DNA of 64,000 nt, taken from contig DAMU01000036.1 in the NCBI GenBank assembly GCA_002499705.1, positions 7,314-71,313 on the forward strand. The letters are read 5' to 3'. The notes beneath the pieces were generated by a model. The model saw only the letters and a list, made by a program, of their open reading frames with translations, was not told the DNA's origin and ran no database searches. Shown one piece after another: positions 1 through 9,510 of this stretch; position 1 is the stretch's first letter; each line of letters begins with the position of its first letter. This DNA comes from Euryarchaeota archaeon UBA91. GTDB lineage: Archaea > Thermoplasmatota > Poseidoniia > Poseidoniales > Poseidoniaceae. Made by a program: the position numbers and the translations under genes.

Positions 1-1583
1 AAGACGAGGGATAAATCAGTTGGGTGCTCGATTTGTCGGAGTCTTCCACTCCATGTGAGGGATTGATTTTCGTGAAGTGAGTCGGTACCTATAGCGTTCA
101 GCCTCACATTGAGTTTGATGGATTGTTCAGAGCCAGGGCGCTCAAGATACCATCCATCGTCATGCATTGCCGCTTTACCATCGATGAGTACAAACTTATT
201 CTGGGCGTATCCCCATTGCGTAGCCCCAGCATCCCAAAGCAGTGATTCAGGCGCAGCAGGTTCTCCGACCAGTTGGTACGTGTCGACCATAAGGCGCATC
301 ATCATTTTTTCATCGTCCCACGAAACAGTTACGTTAGCCACGATTCCTTGACCCGCTTCAATCCATTCTGTTCGTGTGGAAGGGAATGTCATTGCAACAC
401 GTGTTTGACCAAACGAGTATGTTTGGCTATCGACAAAGTAACCTTCAGTATCAAGAGGTTCAAATGAATACTGCATGAAGGTACTGAGCGTGTAAACTTT
501 ATTTGGATCCATCAGCATTGAAGCAGGATTTGCAGAAAGCATTGCCTGCATCGACATAGCCGACATTGGGTCAATGAGATTTGTTCCATTTCCGTTATTC
601 GCATCGATGCACCACATGCTTCGACCATCGTTCCACATTAAGCGACCTGCGGCCTCATAGGTCGAACCGTTGTATCCTTCAGTGATAGCATTGGAGGCAT
701 CCTCGTCAGTTGGAAGAATACAAATCTCATTGCCGTTTGGTCCCGAAAGTGTCCATTGACCATTTGTAATCAGAACCTTTCCTGCCATAGACACTAAACT
801 TCCAGACTCATAACTCCACGTCGATTCTCCAGCCCATTCAAGCATCTTGACTTGAGGTGAATGGCTTCGGTCGAGAAGAATTGTTGGTCCCTGAGTCATC
901 AGCGCCCATCTCAAGCTTGTTTCTTGGTAAGCAATCATGCCTGTCACTTCAATTTTGGAATCCGCTTCAATCCAAACACGGGGAGATGATTGAATGAGAA
1001 GTTGCATTTGGTGGGCTTCGTCGCTAATATATGCGCTTGTAAAGGTCGCATCTGGATTGACAGATTCGCTGATGAAACCGTTTACTGTTACAATTTCTCC
1101 AACATAATCTTCTGGAGCAACAGCGAGGTCCGTAATCGATACTCGCTGAAGCACTGGCAGATCTTCTGGTTCCCAATACAACGCACCTGAACCCGTAGCT
1201 TGCATGTAAAAGCGGCCATTCCAATCAACAACATCACCCATGACGGTAACATTCGTTCCAATCGGAGGAATTTCACCGGTTGAATACCAGCGCACTTGAA
1301 TGACGCCAGTGTCGTCTTCGATTACCAAATCGACACGGTCTTCTCCGTTTCCGTAACGGTCTTCAATCCAAGAGATGACTTCTCCTTCAACCAATACGAC
1401 TTCATTTTTGTACTGAATCAAATCTTCAACCTCAACAATCTGTGGCTCACGAACCATAGCATACCAGTTTAATGTGGCAACCAAGAATACCGAGAGAGCG
1501 AACATGACCCATAATTTCTGGCCTCGAGTCGCTGGATTGTCATCCGTTATTTTTAGCATAATGTCCTTGAGAGCATCCGCCAT
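1..1583 (-). CDS. Hypothetical membrane-anchored/secreted protein with OB-fold-like repeats (partial: the C-terminal end runs off the left edge of the window)
   Basis: Translating the minus strand by hand from the ATG at 1581-1583 (in-frame TAA just upstream) stays open to position 1. It is missing from the ORF track presumably because there is no stop codon inside the window. The N-terminus MADALKDIMLKITDDNPATRGQKLWVMFALSVFLVATLNWYAMV has one hydrophobic helix. Two segments follow with an OB-fold-like alternating beta pattern (VVLVEGEVISWIEDRYGNGEDRVDLVIEDDTGVIQVRWY; GEIVTVNGFISESVNPDATFTSAYISDEAHQMQLLIQS). Confidence 0.45.
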   Translation of the reverse strand, partial: MADALKDIMLKITDDNPATRGQKLWVMFALSVFLVATLNWYAMVREPQIVEVEDLIQYKNEVVLVEGEVISWIEDRYGNGEDRVDLVIEDDTGVIQVRWYSTGEIPPIGTNVTVMGDVVDWNGRFYMQATGSGALYWEPEDLPVLQRVSITDLAVAPEDYVGEIVTVNGFISESVNPDATFTSAYISDEAHQMQLLIQSSPRVWIEADSKIEVTGMIAYQETSLRWALMTQGPTILLDRSHSPQVKMLEWAGESTWSYESGSLVSMAGKVLITNGQWTLSGPNGNEICILPTDEDASNAITEGYNGSTYEAAGRLMWNDGRSMWCIDANNGNGTNLIDPMSAMSMQAMLSANPASMLMDPNKVYTLSTFMQYSFEPLDTEGYFVDSQTYSFGQTRVAMTFPSTRTEWIEAGQGIVANVTVSWDDEKMMMRLMVDTYQLVGEPAAPESLLWDAGATQWGYAQNKFVLIDGKAAMHDDGWYLERPGSEQSIKLNVRLNAIGTDSLHENQSLTWSGRLRQIEHPTDLSLV

Positions 1584-1701
1584 AGTTGCTTCACTTAACC
1601 CCCGTGCTTAGGCATTGCCATCCATCATTCCGTTGTTGAGATGGAAATTTCCAGAGATTCTGGGCGTGCGGGGCCTTTTTAACGGAAAAGTAGACCGCTT
1701 G

Positions 1702-3009
1702 ATGGGGATGGCCATGCGTGACCGTGTGATTCGCGATGAGATTCACAAGGACATCTTTGTCCCTGCCAACCATGCTAAGATTATCGATACGCGTGAATTT
1801 CAACGCCTTCGGTCCATTCAACAACTTTCTACTTGTGAGTATGTATTTCCAGCGGCAAATCATAACCGCTTTTCCCATTCACTTGGAGCCTATCATTTGG
1901 CTGGCACCTTGGTTTCCTCGCTCAATGAGGTTCAACCCGGCCTTGTCTCTGATGGGGATTGTGAATTGATACAGTTGGCGGCTTTACTCCATGACGTGGG
2001 CCACCCGCCGTTTTCACACCTGCTTGAAACTCCAGAAGTGTTTGCCACCTACCATTCGCACGAACATTGGGGGCGATTGTTATTGGAATCTGAAGATACG
2101 GAAGTTGGAAAAGCCCTTTTGGAAGTCCTCGGCTTGAACCGTCGAGACCGATTGTTCGCACTCCTCGATGGCCAAACAGAGCACGATGGCGTCACAATTC
2201 CACCTTTCATGAAAGAGATTGTAGCCAGCCAATTAGACGTAGACCGCATGGACTACATGGTTCGGGACCAAGCCAACACAGGTGCTCAAATTGGTGGATT
2301 TGATATTGCTCGAGTCATCCGTGCCCTACGAGTGAACAAAGACGGTCACTTCATCGTCAAATCTTGGGGTCTACCTGCCATTGAAGCCTACCTCGTTACA
2401 CGGTATCACATGTATCACCAAGTCTATTTCCACAAGGTCAACATGCTGACTCAAAATTACCTCGTCAGGATGCTTGTTCGTGCCCGAACTCTCGCTCAGG
2501 ATGGGCTCCTCGAACTTTCTAAACCGCTTCAAAATATGTTGTTGAACACCTCTCTTGATCCGAAAGGGTATGCTTCACTGAACGATGCACACATACGAGT
2601 TGCTCTACCAGAGTGGGCAGAACATGAGGACACAGTTTTGTCACACTATGCAATGCGTTTACTCTCTCGAAGAGACTTCCACAAATCGTTGAGAATCGAA
2701 GGTTTAACCACTGAAATGGTGGATGTTGTTTTGCCAAGACTAGAACCTCTTGTTCAAGCGGCCGGTTACAATCCGACTATCGACATCATCACAGCACGAA
2801 TTTCAAAGCGTGGTTACATGCCATATGAGCAGGGGATTTTGATCGAAGATGGCCGAGACGCAGCAGACCATTCACCACTTGTTCGTTCACTTACTCAACC
2901 GAATGAACGTGCATTGATATTCGTACCCGATGCAATCCGAGATGAACTTGAGACCAGTGTTCGCGAATGGGTTAAACCATCTCAGTCCTCCCTTGCACAG
3001 TTTGAATGA
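1702..3009 (+). CDS. HD-domain phosphohydrolase, dGTPase/dNTP triphosphohydrolase-like
   Basis: ORF 1615..3009. Motifs DTREFQRLRSIQQLS, NHNRFSHSLGAYHLA and LLHDVGHPPFSH are typical of HD-superfamily dNTPases. I prefer the in-frame ATG at 1702 (MGMAMRDRVIRDEIHKDIFVP). The 1615 start would leave only about 30 bp to the divergent gene starting at 1583. Confidence 0.7.
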   Translation: MGMAMRDRVIRDEIHKDIFVPANHAKIIDTREFQRLRSIQQLSTCEYVFPAANHNRFSHSLGAYHLAGTLVSSLNEVQPGLVSDGDCELIQLAALLHDVGHPPFSHLLETPEVFATYHSHEHWGRLLLESEDTEVGKALLEVLGLNRRDRLFALLDGQTEHDGVTIPPFMKEIVASQLDVDRMDYMVRDQANTGAQIGGFDIARVIRALRVNKDGHFIVKSWGLPAIEAYLVTRYHMYHQVYFHKVNMLTQNYLVRMLVRARTLAQDGLLELSKPLQNMLLNTSLDPKGYASLNDAHIRVALPEWAEHEDTVLSHYAMRLLSRRDFHKSLRIEGLTTEMVDVVLPRLEPLVQAAGYNPTIDIITARISKRGYMPYEQGILIEDGRDAADHSPLVRSLTQPNERALIFVPDAIRDELETSVREWVKPSQSSLAQFE

Positions 3010-3052
3010 TGCAGGGGTAAGTTCATGTCTTGCGCCTATTCCCTTGTCGCAG

Positions 3053-3126
3053 GGGCCCGTAGCTTAGTTGGTTAGAGCACCCGGCTCATAACCGGGGGGT
3101 CAAGGGTTCAAGTCCCTTCGGGCCCA
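3053..3126 (+). tRNA. tRNA with CAU anticodon: elongator tRNA-Met, or tRNA-Ile2 if C34 is modified to agmatidine
   Basis: Folded by hand: acceptor stem GGGCCCG/CGGGCCC (7 bp), U8 A9, D stem GCTT/GAGC, anticodon stem CCCGG/CCGGG with loop CU-CAU-AA, 5-nt variable loop, T stem AAGGG/CCCTT with a TTCAAGT loop, discriminator A, no encoded CCA. Total 74 nt. G1-C72 argues against an archaeal initiator tRNA. Confidence 0.85.
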
Positions 3127-3152
3127 CTTTTGACGAGGGGCCCACGTAGGCG

Positions 3153-3158
3153 TTTTTT
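3153..3158 (+). terminator. Oligo-T tract downstream of the tRNA (archaeal-type terminator)
   Basis: A T6 run 27 nt after the tRNA 3' end. A shorter CTTTTG lies directly at the 3' end (3127-3132). Confidence 0.3.
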
Positions 3159-3224
3159 AGAACCACTATTGCGCAACGGTTATGAGGGTCTCATTACTGG
3201 GGTAGACTACTAGGTGGAACCTAT

Positions 3225-4154
3225 ATGATGAAGCGCGCTCTGTTCTTACTTACTCTTTACGTCTGCTCGGTCATGTTGGTTGCTGTTCCAGCATCTGCTC
3301 AGGCTCCTACTGCAGCTATCTCTCTCTCGTGTGCTCCAATTTCGATTAACATTGAAGTTAAGCCTGGTTCGACATACAACGGTTTTACCACCTGCACAGC
3401 AAATAACCCTACAGCATACCAAGAAAAAATCAGCATTTTGGTTACCAGTGATGGATTAGCAACTGCTGCTCCTGGTGACATGTATATTGGTGGGAATCAA
3501 GAAGTAGACTTCCAGATCTCCGTTCGAGCAACGCCTTACATGGTCATGCAAAGTCGAACCCTTTCGGTTTCTGCAACAGTTCAAGAAATCAATTCGCTTC
3601 CTCCGGTGAATACCGCTTCTTCACAGAACAACATGATTGTGAACATCATGCAATACTCATTGGTTCAGGTTGAAGCTGTCGAACCATTCGTTCAATTGAT
3701 GCCAAAGAAGGACAAGAACTTCGAGTTCAAAGTCTACAACCTTGGAAATCAGATTGACTTCATGAAAGTCGGTATTACCGAAACCAGTCGCGAAAACCTC
3801 GAAGAGGCTGGTTTCACAATCAACCTACCTGCTGTCAAGGTGCAAATCGATGCAATCCCAACTGCAACCAAGGTCCGTGTTATGGCCCGAACGCCTAAGA
3901 CTCAAGGATGGAGCGATGCTTACCACGTTCTCGACTTCTTCGCAGAATCCGAGTTCGCATGTAACAACGGTGGATGTATTCGAGAATCTCAGATGATTAC
4001 AGTTTATGTTCGTGGTGTTTACCTGCCTGGTTTCGAAGTTGTTCCTGCCATCTCAATGATTGCACTTGCAGCAGCAGCCGCAGGTCGTCGATTCTCAGAA
4101 GATCGAGAAGAAGAAGAAGACGTTGTCTGGTATGATTCAGCTCCCGGGCTGTAA
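3225..4154 (+). CDS. Secreted surface protein with a PGF-CTERM-like membrane anchor
   Basis: Signal peptide MMKRALFLLTLYVCSVMLVAVPASAQA. C-terminus has PGF (nt about 4026-4034), then a hydrophobic helix VVPAISMIALAAAAAG, then RR, then an unusual 20-aa acidic tail (FSEDREEEEDVVWYDSAPGL). Confidence 0.6.
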   Translation: MMKRALFLLTLYVCSVMLVAVPASAQAPTAAISLSCAPISINIEVKPGSTYNGFTTCTANNPTAYQEKISILVTSDGLATAAPGDMYIGGNQEVDFQISVRATPYMVMQSRTLSVSATVQEINSLPPVNTASSQNNMIVNIMQYSLVQVEAVEPFVQLMPKKDKNFEFKVYNLGNQIDFMKVGITETSRENLEEAGFTINLPAVKVQIDAIPTATKVRVMARTPKTQGWSDAYHVLDFFAESEFACNNGGCIRESQMITVYVRGVYLPGFEVVPAISMIALAAAAAGRRFSEDREEEEDVVWYDSAPGL

Positions 4155-4254
4155 CGGCACTTGTAACTGCCCTCGCGAACAGTGCTTTCGTTGACTCATT
4201 CAAGGGTCGCCTTGATAATCCCCTTCGCTAAACGGTGTATTAGCAGGGATTACT

Positions 4255-5505
4255 ATGGGTGGATTACTTGACAAGGCCAACGCGACCAAAACAGAGACTG
4301 TTGATGAAGTAGAAGTGACTGTAAAGGTCAAGACAAAGCCCGCATCTGCGGATGTTAAGTCCAGTTCAAAGCCTTCCTCCTCCAGTTCTTCAGCACCAAA
4401 GCAAAACCCAGAATTGGCGATGAAACTCAACATTGCTGGTTGGGTTGCAATTGTCGTTGGAGGAATCCTCGCCTTACAAGGCGGTGGAATGGGCATACTT
4501 GTCGTCATGGGCGTGTTGCTCGTAGGTATCGGTCTGATTGTTCAATCTGAGCGACTTGCCGAGGGTGACATGAATGTGGTCAAACTCGGGCTCTCCATTT
4601 TTGTGGCAGTCATTGTTGCTGCAGGACCCTATGCAGCATTGGTTCTGGTCCCTGCAGATTCATCGATGGCTCTGACTGAAATCGCTATCAATGAAGATGC
4701 TGATGAGATTACATTCTACGTCCGAGGTTCATTTGATTCTGCAACGGCAACAATTAGCCTGGATGGCGAAACTGTTTGGTCTGACACCTTGACGCTCTCA
4801 AATGACCGGGCGAAATTCAAGGCACCTCTCAGCGCCTTCTTTGACGGTAATTCTCAAGATTATCGGTTGGCATCGATGAACTCTTATCTCATTGAAGTCG
4901 CCTCAAATGATGACCAAACTGCATCTTCAGAGATCACTCCATCGTTGATGAACCGTGAAATATTGAATTCAGGTGCTCGAATTTCCGAGGTATTGAAGAC
5001 TGAGACCTCTGGAACAACGACCACAACGTCGGTAGATGGACTGATTGTTGAATCGATTATGGGTATGTTTGCTCCTGGTGAAGGTCCCCAGGATAACGGA
5101 GAACACTCCATGACCAATCTCGGTCTAACTCCAGTATCGTCCGACTACACAATGCAGTTGAGAATCAAGAAGAGTGGTTCAACTGAATACAGTTCCCCAA
5201 TCATCACTGTCGACGGTCTTGACGCAACATGGACCAGTGCAGTAAGTGGTTCCAAGAGTGGTAAGACGAATGGATGGTTAGGACTTCCAGGGACTGCCAC
5301 AGACTCACTGAATACCGAATACATTCAGAAAGACTCGTTTTATGACGGTGCAGGATGTTACACTTTTGAAATTGTCATCACCAATGACTTCTATGCTGGA
5401 ATGACGGACTCCGGTTCTTCTGCTACGGGGATTATGGTGAGCAGCAATTCATGGGAACTTGACTTCAATGCAAACAGTGACCAAAGAACAATGGAAGTCT
5501 GCTGA
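4255..5505 (+). CDS. Hypothetical membrane protein (Ser/Lys-rich N-terminal region, 3 predicted TM helices, extracellular C-terminal domain)
   Basis: 416-aa ORF. Low-complexity SSKPSSSSSSAPK stretch, then hydrophobic helices (IAGWVAIVVGGILAL, ILVVMGVLLVGIGLIV, LSIFVAVIVAAGPYAALVLV), then a Thr/Ser-rich domain. Confidence 0.5.
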   Translation: MGGLLDKANATKTETVDEVEVTVKVKTKPASADVKSSSKPSSSSSSAPKQNPELAMKLNIAGWVAIVVGGILALQGGGMGILVVMGVLLVGIGLIVQSERLAEGDMNVVKLGLSIFVAVIVAAGPYAALVLVPADSSMALTEIAINEDADEITFYVRGSFDSATATISLDGETVWSDTLTLSNDRAKFKAPLSAFFDGNSQDYRLASMNSYLIEVASNDDQTASSEITPSLMNREILNSGARISEVLKTETSGTTTTTSVDGLIVESIMGMFAPGEGPQDNGEHSMTNLGLTPVSSDYTMQLRIKKSGSTEYSSPIITVDGLDATWTSAVSGSKSGKTNGWLGLPGTATDSLNTEYIQKDSFYDGAGCYTFEIVITNDFYAGMTDSGSSATGIMVSSNSWELDFNANSDQRTMEVC

Positions 5506-5521
5506 ACCTCGGAGTTGACAT

Positions 5522-5539
5522 TTCGCAATCTGTTGCGAA
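5522..5539. terminator. Perfect 7-bp inverted repeat (TTCGCAA-tctg-TTGCGAA) between convergent genes
   Basis: Lies 17 nt after the stop of the + gene (5505) and 33 nt after the stop of the - gene (5572). T-rich flank (ctcttgctt) on the + side. Could be a bidirectional terminator. Confidence 0.3.
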
Positions 5540-5571
5540 CTCTTGCTTAGTGTTCCCTTCGAGAGGAAATC

Positions 5572-7221
5572 TCATCCTTCAATTTCTTCAAAGACTTCTG
5601 GGACATCGCCATGATTTATCTTCTGTGCAGCTCTTCTTGCAAAGAGTGAAGTTCCAATCACAATGAGAACGACAAGAATCCCGTAGACGATAAGCGGTTG
5701 ATCTTCGGTTTCTTCTCCAATATACCATCCGACTTCTTGGGAATTACCACCTTCTACGTTGGTGATGTCGCCAGCGATTGAACTCAGAATGTTCGGGATC
5801 AGTGTTCGACAATTGAGGACTTGAGCACCATCACTGTTAGCCCACCACGAGACAGGTAATTCCTTTTCTTCACCGGGTGTCAAAGTGGTGGTAAGCGCAG
5901 TTGTTTCGGTGAGATTGTCACCGACATAACACCAAATGTTGACGGTTGCAGCAGCATCACCTGTATTTCGAACGCTTACCATAGCACCAATCCTTTTGTT
6001 GACCTCGGCAGTGGTATCTTCAGCATCTATTGAGACAACTTCAATGTACGGTAATGGGACATTAATTTCAGCAGTAGGTGTTTGTGGTGCTGGAACAGTC
6101 GTGGTAAAGTCTCCCCAACCGGAACTCAATGTGAGTGTAAGTTCGGCATTTTCTGAGTGATAGACTCCGTTTTGGTCGACCCATTCAACGATTCGCTGCC
6201 ATTCACTACCGCCGATGTCGACTACGCCGTTTGCATCGGTTATGTCGTCACGGACCGAACTTCCATAGCCGATTCCTGTTTGGTGGACCGTAATGTTAGC
6301 GGCATTTGTTTGAATTTGGCGTTGAGACAGTAATCGAATCCAACCATCAGTGTAGCCACCCGTACCTTGATTATTGGTGTAGATGATTTCTGCAAGGTCG
6401 TGAACAACGATATCCTCATCGGTTCGACTTCCGAGAATGGCACTTGCATTTACTGTAATACTCGAACCGTCACTCACGTGGATAGGAGCACTTCCGATTA
6501 TGGAACTGGATTGAATCTCACATATGTGCGCACAGGTCAAATCAGCGCCATAGATAGTAGCTCCATCAAGCAGTAAGGTTCCAAACACTTCGAGTTCAAA
6601 CGAGGCACTGTTCCATTTCAGGCTACCATTTGTTTGATTGATTTCATTTGCCAAAAGGAGAGGTGATTCGCCACTCCCAGAATGCAGTGCTTGAATGGAC
6701 ACAATCTGAATTTCAAAAGCGTAATAGACATAGAAATCTGCTAACAAATCGGTTCCGTTAAGGGATACATCGATGAAAATATGGTCACTACCTACAGCGT
6801 CAATTGTTTCTTCGCCTACAGTCATGTTAAACATGGCAGAATTTGGAATTGTTTGGTCAAAGTCAACTCTTAGTTGCCCAGATTCTGCTAAATCTCCAAA
6901 GTTCAAATGAAGTTGAGTGTTGTTCATTATTGCAATTCCTGAATCTAACTCTTCGCCGATAAGAGAACCTGATAGGGTGAGTGTGGAGTTTTCCTGCACG
7001 GTAATAGAATTGCCTGTAGCAATTGTCACGTCACCGTTTATGGTTAACTCAGCGCCATTCTCAATGACGATATTTCCATTCATTGCGTGTGTCCCATTCC
7101 AAGTCTCGTCAGCACTGATGAGAACAGTCGAACCCTCGGTGGGCGGTGAAGCATGAACACCTGCAATTGCGCTCAAGGATGTAAAAAGGAGGAGAAGTGT
7201 GAAGCAGACAGCGGTTCGCAT
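5572..7221 (-). CDS. Secreted surface protein with beta-helix-like N-terminal module and C-terminal TM anchor
   Basis: The ORF track starts at a TTG at 7284. The in-frame ATG at 7221 gives a cleaner signal peptide, MRTAVCFTLLLLFTSLSAIAGVHA. C-terminus is a TM helix (IVYGILVVLIVIGTSLFA) plus an RR tail. The N-terminal module ETWNGTHAMNGNIVIENGAELTINGDVTIATGNSITV is paralogous to the N-terminus of the 1462-aa protein at 20586. Confidence 0.6.
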   Translation of the reverse strand: MRTAVCFTLLLLFTSLSAIAGVHASPPTEGSTVLISADETWNGTHAMNGNIVIENGAELTINGDVTIATGNSITVQENSTLTLSGSLIGEELDSGIAIMNNTQLHLNFGDLAESGQLRVDFDQTIPNSAMFNMTVGEETIDAVGSDHIFIDVSLNGTDLLADFYVYYAFEIQIVSIQALHSGSGESPLLLANEINQTNGSLKWNSASFELEVFGTLLLDGATIYGADLTCAHICEIQSSSIIGSAPIHVSDGSSITVNASAILGSRTDEDIVVHDLAEIIYTNNQGTGGYTDGWIRLLSQRQIQTNAANITVHQTGIGYGSSVRDDITDANGVVDIGGSEWQRIVEWVDQNGVYHSENAELTLTLSSGWGDFTTTVPAPQTPTAEINVPLPYIEVVSIDAEDTTAEVNKRIGAMVSVRNTGDAAATVNIWCYVGDNLTETTALTTTLTPGEEKELPVSWWANSDGAQVLNCRTLIPNILSSIAGDITNVEGGNSQEVGWYIGEETEDQPLIVYGILVVLIVIGTSLFARRAAQKINHGDVPEVFEEIEG

Positions 7222-7262
7222 GTGTGTGCGTAGTAATCCCACATTATAGGCTTCTCTCCGTT

Positions 7263-7928
7263 TCAGTAGGGGACGTCTTTCCAACCAATCTTGTAACCAA
7301 ACACATTGAATGAACGGTGTAATACAGGAGTAAAGAGGACCAATGCCAGCATTGGCAATCTCAATTCAGGATCTGCGAGAATCGATGTTCCGAGGAAAAG
7401 TTGACCTGCTAAAAATACCATTATGGCGAAAGGTAGGGTGTCCAATAGTGGCGCTTTTGAAGAGATATCCCCTTCTCGCCTGAGTCCTCTTCGTCGCTTG
7501 ACAAAAGAGCCACTGCTGTCACCTACAAGGCAAAAGAATCCAAGGAAACTTCCGAGGATGAACGCGGTGAGCATTTCACCTCCTACAGAGAACCAAGCAC
7601 CTTCTGCTCCTTGCAGCGGGTGAGTGAAGATTCCATTTTCCCCTACAGCGACATCCGCACCCGGTATGTCTCCAAGAGAAGCTACGATTAACATGCTGAG
7701 TAATCCTGAGGTCAGTGAACCTCCGATAAGTCCATTCCATGTTTTTCCATCACCAAGGATGCGTTTTCCGTCGCTGAGCGTCCTGCCGCCATCGATTGGC
7801 CACGGCCCATATCCCGTTTTTGGCAACCACTTACCCCACATCATGGCAAATGTATTTGCTAAAAATCCTGGTAAGTAGAGCCAAAGTGTGAGCAAACAGA
7901 GTCCGAGAAAATTCATTTCAATCACCAA
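7263..7928 (-). CDS. carS: CDP-archaeol synthase (CarS, UPF0290/DUF46 family)-like membrane protein
   Basis: About 200-aa polytopic membrane protein. The segment PIDGGRTLSDGKRILGDGKTWNGLIGG matches what I remember of the CarS signature loop (D-G-x-R-x-LGDGKTW-x-G). The track start is a TTG. An ATG four codons downstream (MNFLG) is the alternative. Confidence 0.55.
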   Translation of the reverse strand: MVIEMNFLGLCLLTLWLYLPGFLANTFAMMWGKWLPKTGYGPWPIDGGRTLSDGKRILGDGKTWNGLIGGSLTSGLLSMLIVASLGDIPGADVAVGENGIFTHPLQGAEGAWFSVGGEMLTAFILGSFLGFFCLVGDSSGSFVKRRRGLRREGDISSKAPLLDTLPFAIMVFLAGQLFLGTSILADPELRLPMLALVLFTPVLHRSFNVFGYKIGWKDVPY

Positions 7929-7964
7929 AGGCTAGCACCTTTGCTTGATGTCGAGAGGGACGGT

Positions 7965-7987
7965 CTTTGAAACATCCCCTTTGAAAC
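7965..7987. promoter_or_regulatory. Direct repeat CTTTGAAAC (two copies, 5-bp spacer) in the carS/purD divergent intergenic region
   Basis: tCTTTGAAACatcccCTTTGAAACga at 7965-7973 and 7979-7987. Confidence 0.25.
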
Positions 7988-8057
7988 GATGTAAGAGTGC
8001 AAACTGTCTGAATGCAGACGCGATGGGATTATGTGATGGCGTCATCCCAAGCAAACT

Positions 8058-9332
8058 ATGGCAGGGAAGGTGGTACTCGTCGTCGGCGGAGGAGGGCGTG
8101 AACACGCACTTTGCATGGAGTTAGAACGTTCTCCACATGTTGCTGAATTGCACTGTTCTCCGGGCAATGCTGGAACATCACGTCTAGCGACGAATCATTC
8201 CATCTCTGCTACAGATATTGACGGGCTGCTGCATCTTGCCAAAACTCTTGATGCAGATTTGGTTGTTGCTGGACCTGAAGCCCCCTTGTGCGCATCACTT
8301 GCAGACCGATTGGAACAGGTTGGAATCCCATGCTTTGGGCCCGTAGCAAAACTTGCAAATCTTGAGGGTTCGAAGTTACACGCAAAACAAGTCATGCGTG
8401 CTGCAAATGTACCTACTGCTGCATTCCATGTTCTTTCAAACACCAGCGATATTGATGCTGCACTGGATGACTTTTCAGGTAATCCTTGGGTCGTCAAGCG
8501 AGATGTTTTGGCAGGTGGTAAGGGGGTTGTCGTTACTCAAAACAGAGAAGAGGCTCTCGAATTTATTCTAAGTTCCATCGAAAGTGATGGACAGGTTTTG
8601 CTTGAAGATTTCTTACCTGGAGAAGAAGCCAGTATGCTGGTCATCATGGATGGTTCCGGCTATGTTTGCCTCCCTGCAAGTCAAGATCACAAGCGTGCTT
8701 ATGATGGCGATGAAGGGCCAAATACTGGTGGAATGGGCGCTTATTGTCCCGCTCCAGTGGTTACAGATGCAATTCGACAAACAACGATTGAGACGATCAT
8801 TGAACCGATGCATCGGTATTTACTCGCAGGTGGAACTCCGTATCGCGGAGTCCTCTATGTAGGCCTAATGATCCCCGAATCTGGAGAGCCGAACGTTGTT
8901 GAATTTAACGTTCGTTTTGGTGATCCAGAGTGCCAAATTACCTTGCCTTTGTTGAAAACCGATGTCTTTGAAGTGCTTGAGGCTGCGGCCTTGGATCGCT
9001 TGTCGCAATTGAATGTAGAATTTCATAACCTCTATGCGACAACCGTTGTTTTGGCAGCAGAGGGTTATCCAAAATCTCCAGTAAAAGGTCGTTTGATTCA
9101 TGGGGCTGAGCATAAGATTCTGCAATCTGGCGGTGCTACTGCTTGGGTCAACCATGCAGGCACCAGTTTCGATGACCGCGGCCAACTGATTTCGACCGGT
9201 GGAAGAGTTCTCTCGTGCAGTGCATCTGCACCAACCCTCGAGGCTTCGGTGAAGTTAGCATATGAACTGATTGAATCGATTGAATTAGAAGGCTCGCATT
9301 ACCGAAGTGACATCGCATTTCGTGCACTTTAG
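8058..9332 (+). CDS. purD: Phosphoribosylamine--glycine ligase (GAR synthetase)
   Basis: N-terminus MAGKVVLVVGGGGREHALCMEL, the usual ATP-grasp layout (GGKGVVV and EEFL-GEE-like blocks), 424 aa. Confidence 0.9.
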   Translation: MAGKVVLVVGGGGREHALCMELERSPHVAELHCSPGNAGTSRLATNHSISATDIDGLLHLAKTLDADLVVAGPEAPLCASLADRLEQVGIPCFGPVAKLANLEGSKLHAKQVMRAANVPTAAFHVLSNTSDIDAALDDFSGNPWVVKRDVLAGGKGVVVTQNREEALEFILSSIESDGQVLLEDFLPGEEASMLVIMDGSGYVCLPASQDHKRAYDGDEGPNTGGMGAYCPAPVVTDAIRQTTIETIIEPMHRYLLAGGTPYRGVLYVGLMIPESGEPNVVEFNVRFGDPECQITLPLLKTDVFEVLEAAALDRLSQLNVEFHNLYATTVVLAAEGYPKSPVKGRLIHGAEHKILQSGGATAWVNHAGTSFDDRGQLISTGGRVLSCSASAPTLEASVKLAYELIESIELEGSHYRSDIAFRAL

Positions 9333-9510
9333 GCAGCCGTTTTGACCCCGCAAAATAGCCCAAAAAGAGGGGTTGGAAAACGGGTGTGAAATGTGACACA
9401 GCGTTGCTTTCATATGTCGTTATATCAGCGGAGTCATTAAAAGAGGCTCTCAAGTGGCGAAGACGCTTCAGCCTTGCTGCTGTCGCGTAAACACCTTTGA
9501 GGGAAAAAAA

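Noticed and set aside
109-467. Two short + strand ORFs (109-351, 273-467) at the left edge.
   Set aside because: They overlap the long uninterrupted minus-strand reading frame (1-1583), which has a signal anchor and domain-like repeats. The short ORFs have no features.
3120-3145. GGGCCCAC from the tRNA 3' end recurs 10 nt downstream (3137-3145). This could be an integration-site duplication at a tRNA gene.
   Set aside because: Only 8-9 bp and G/C-rich. No integrase or foreign-looking genes flank the tRNA. Too short to call an att site.
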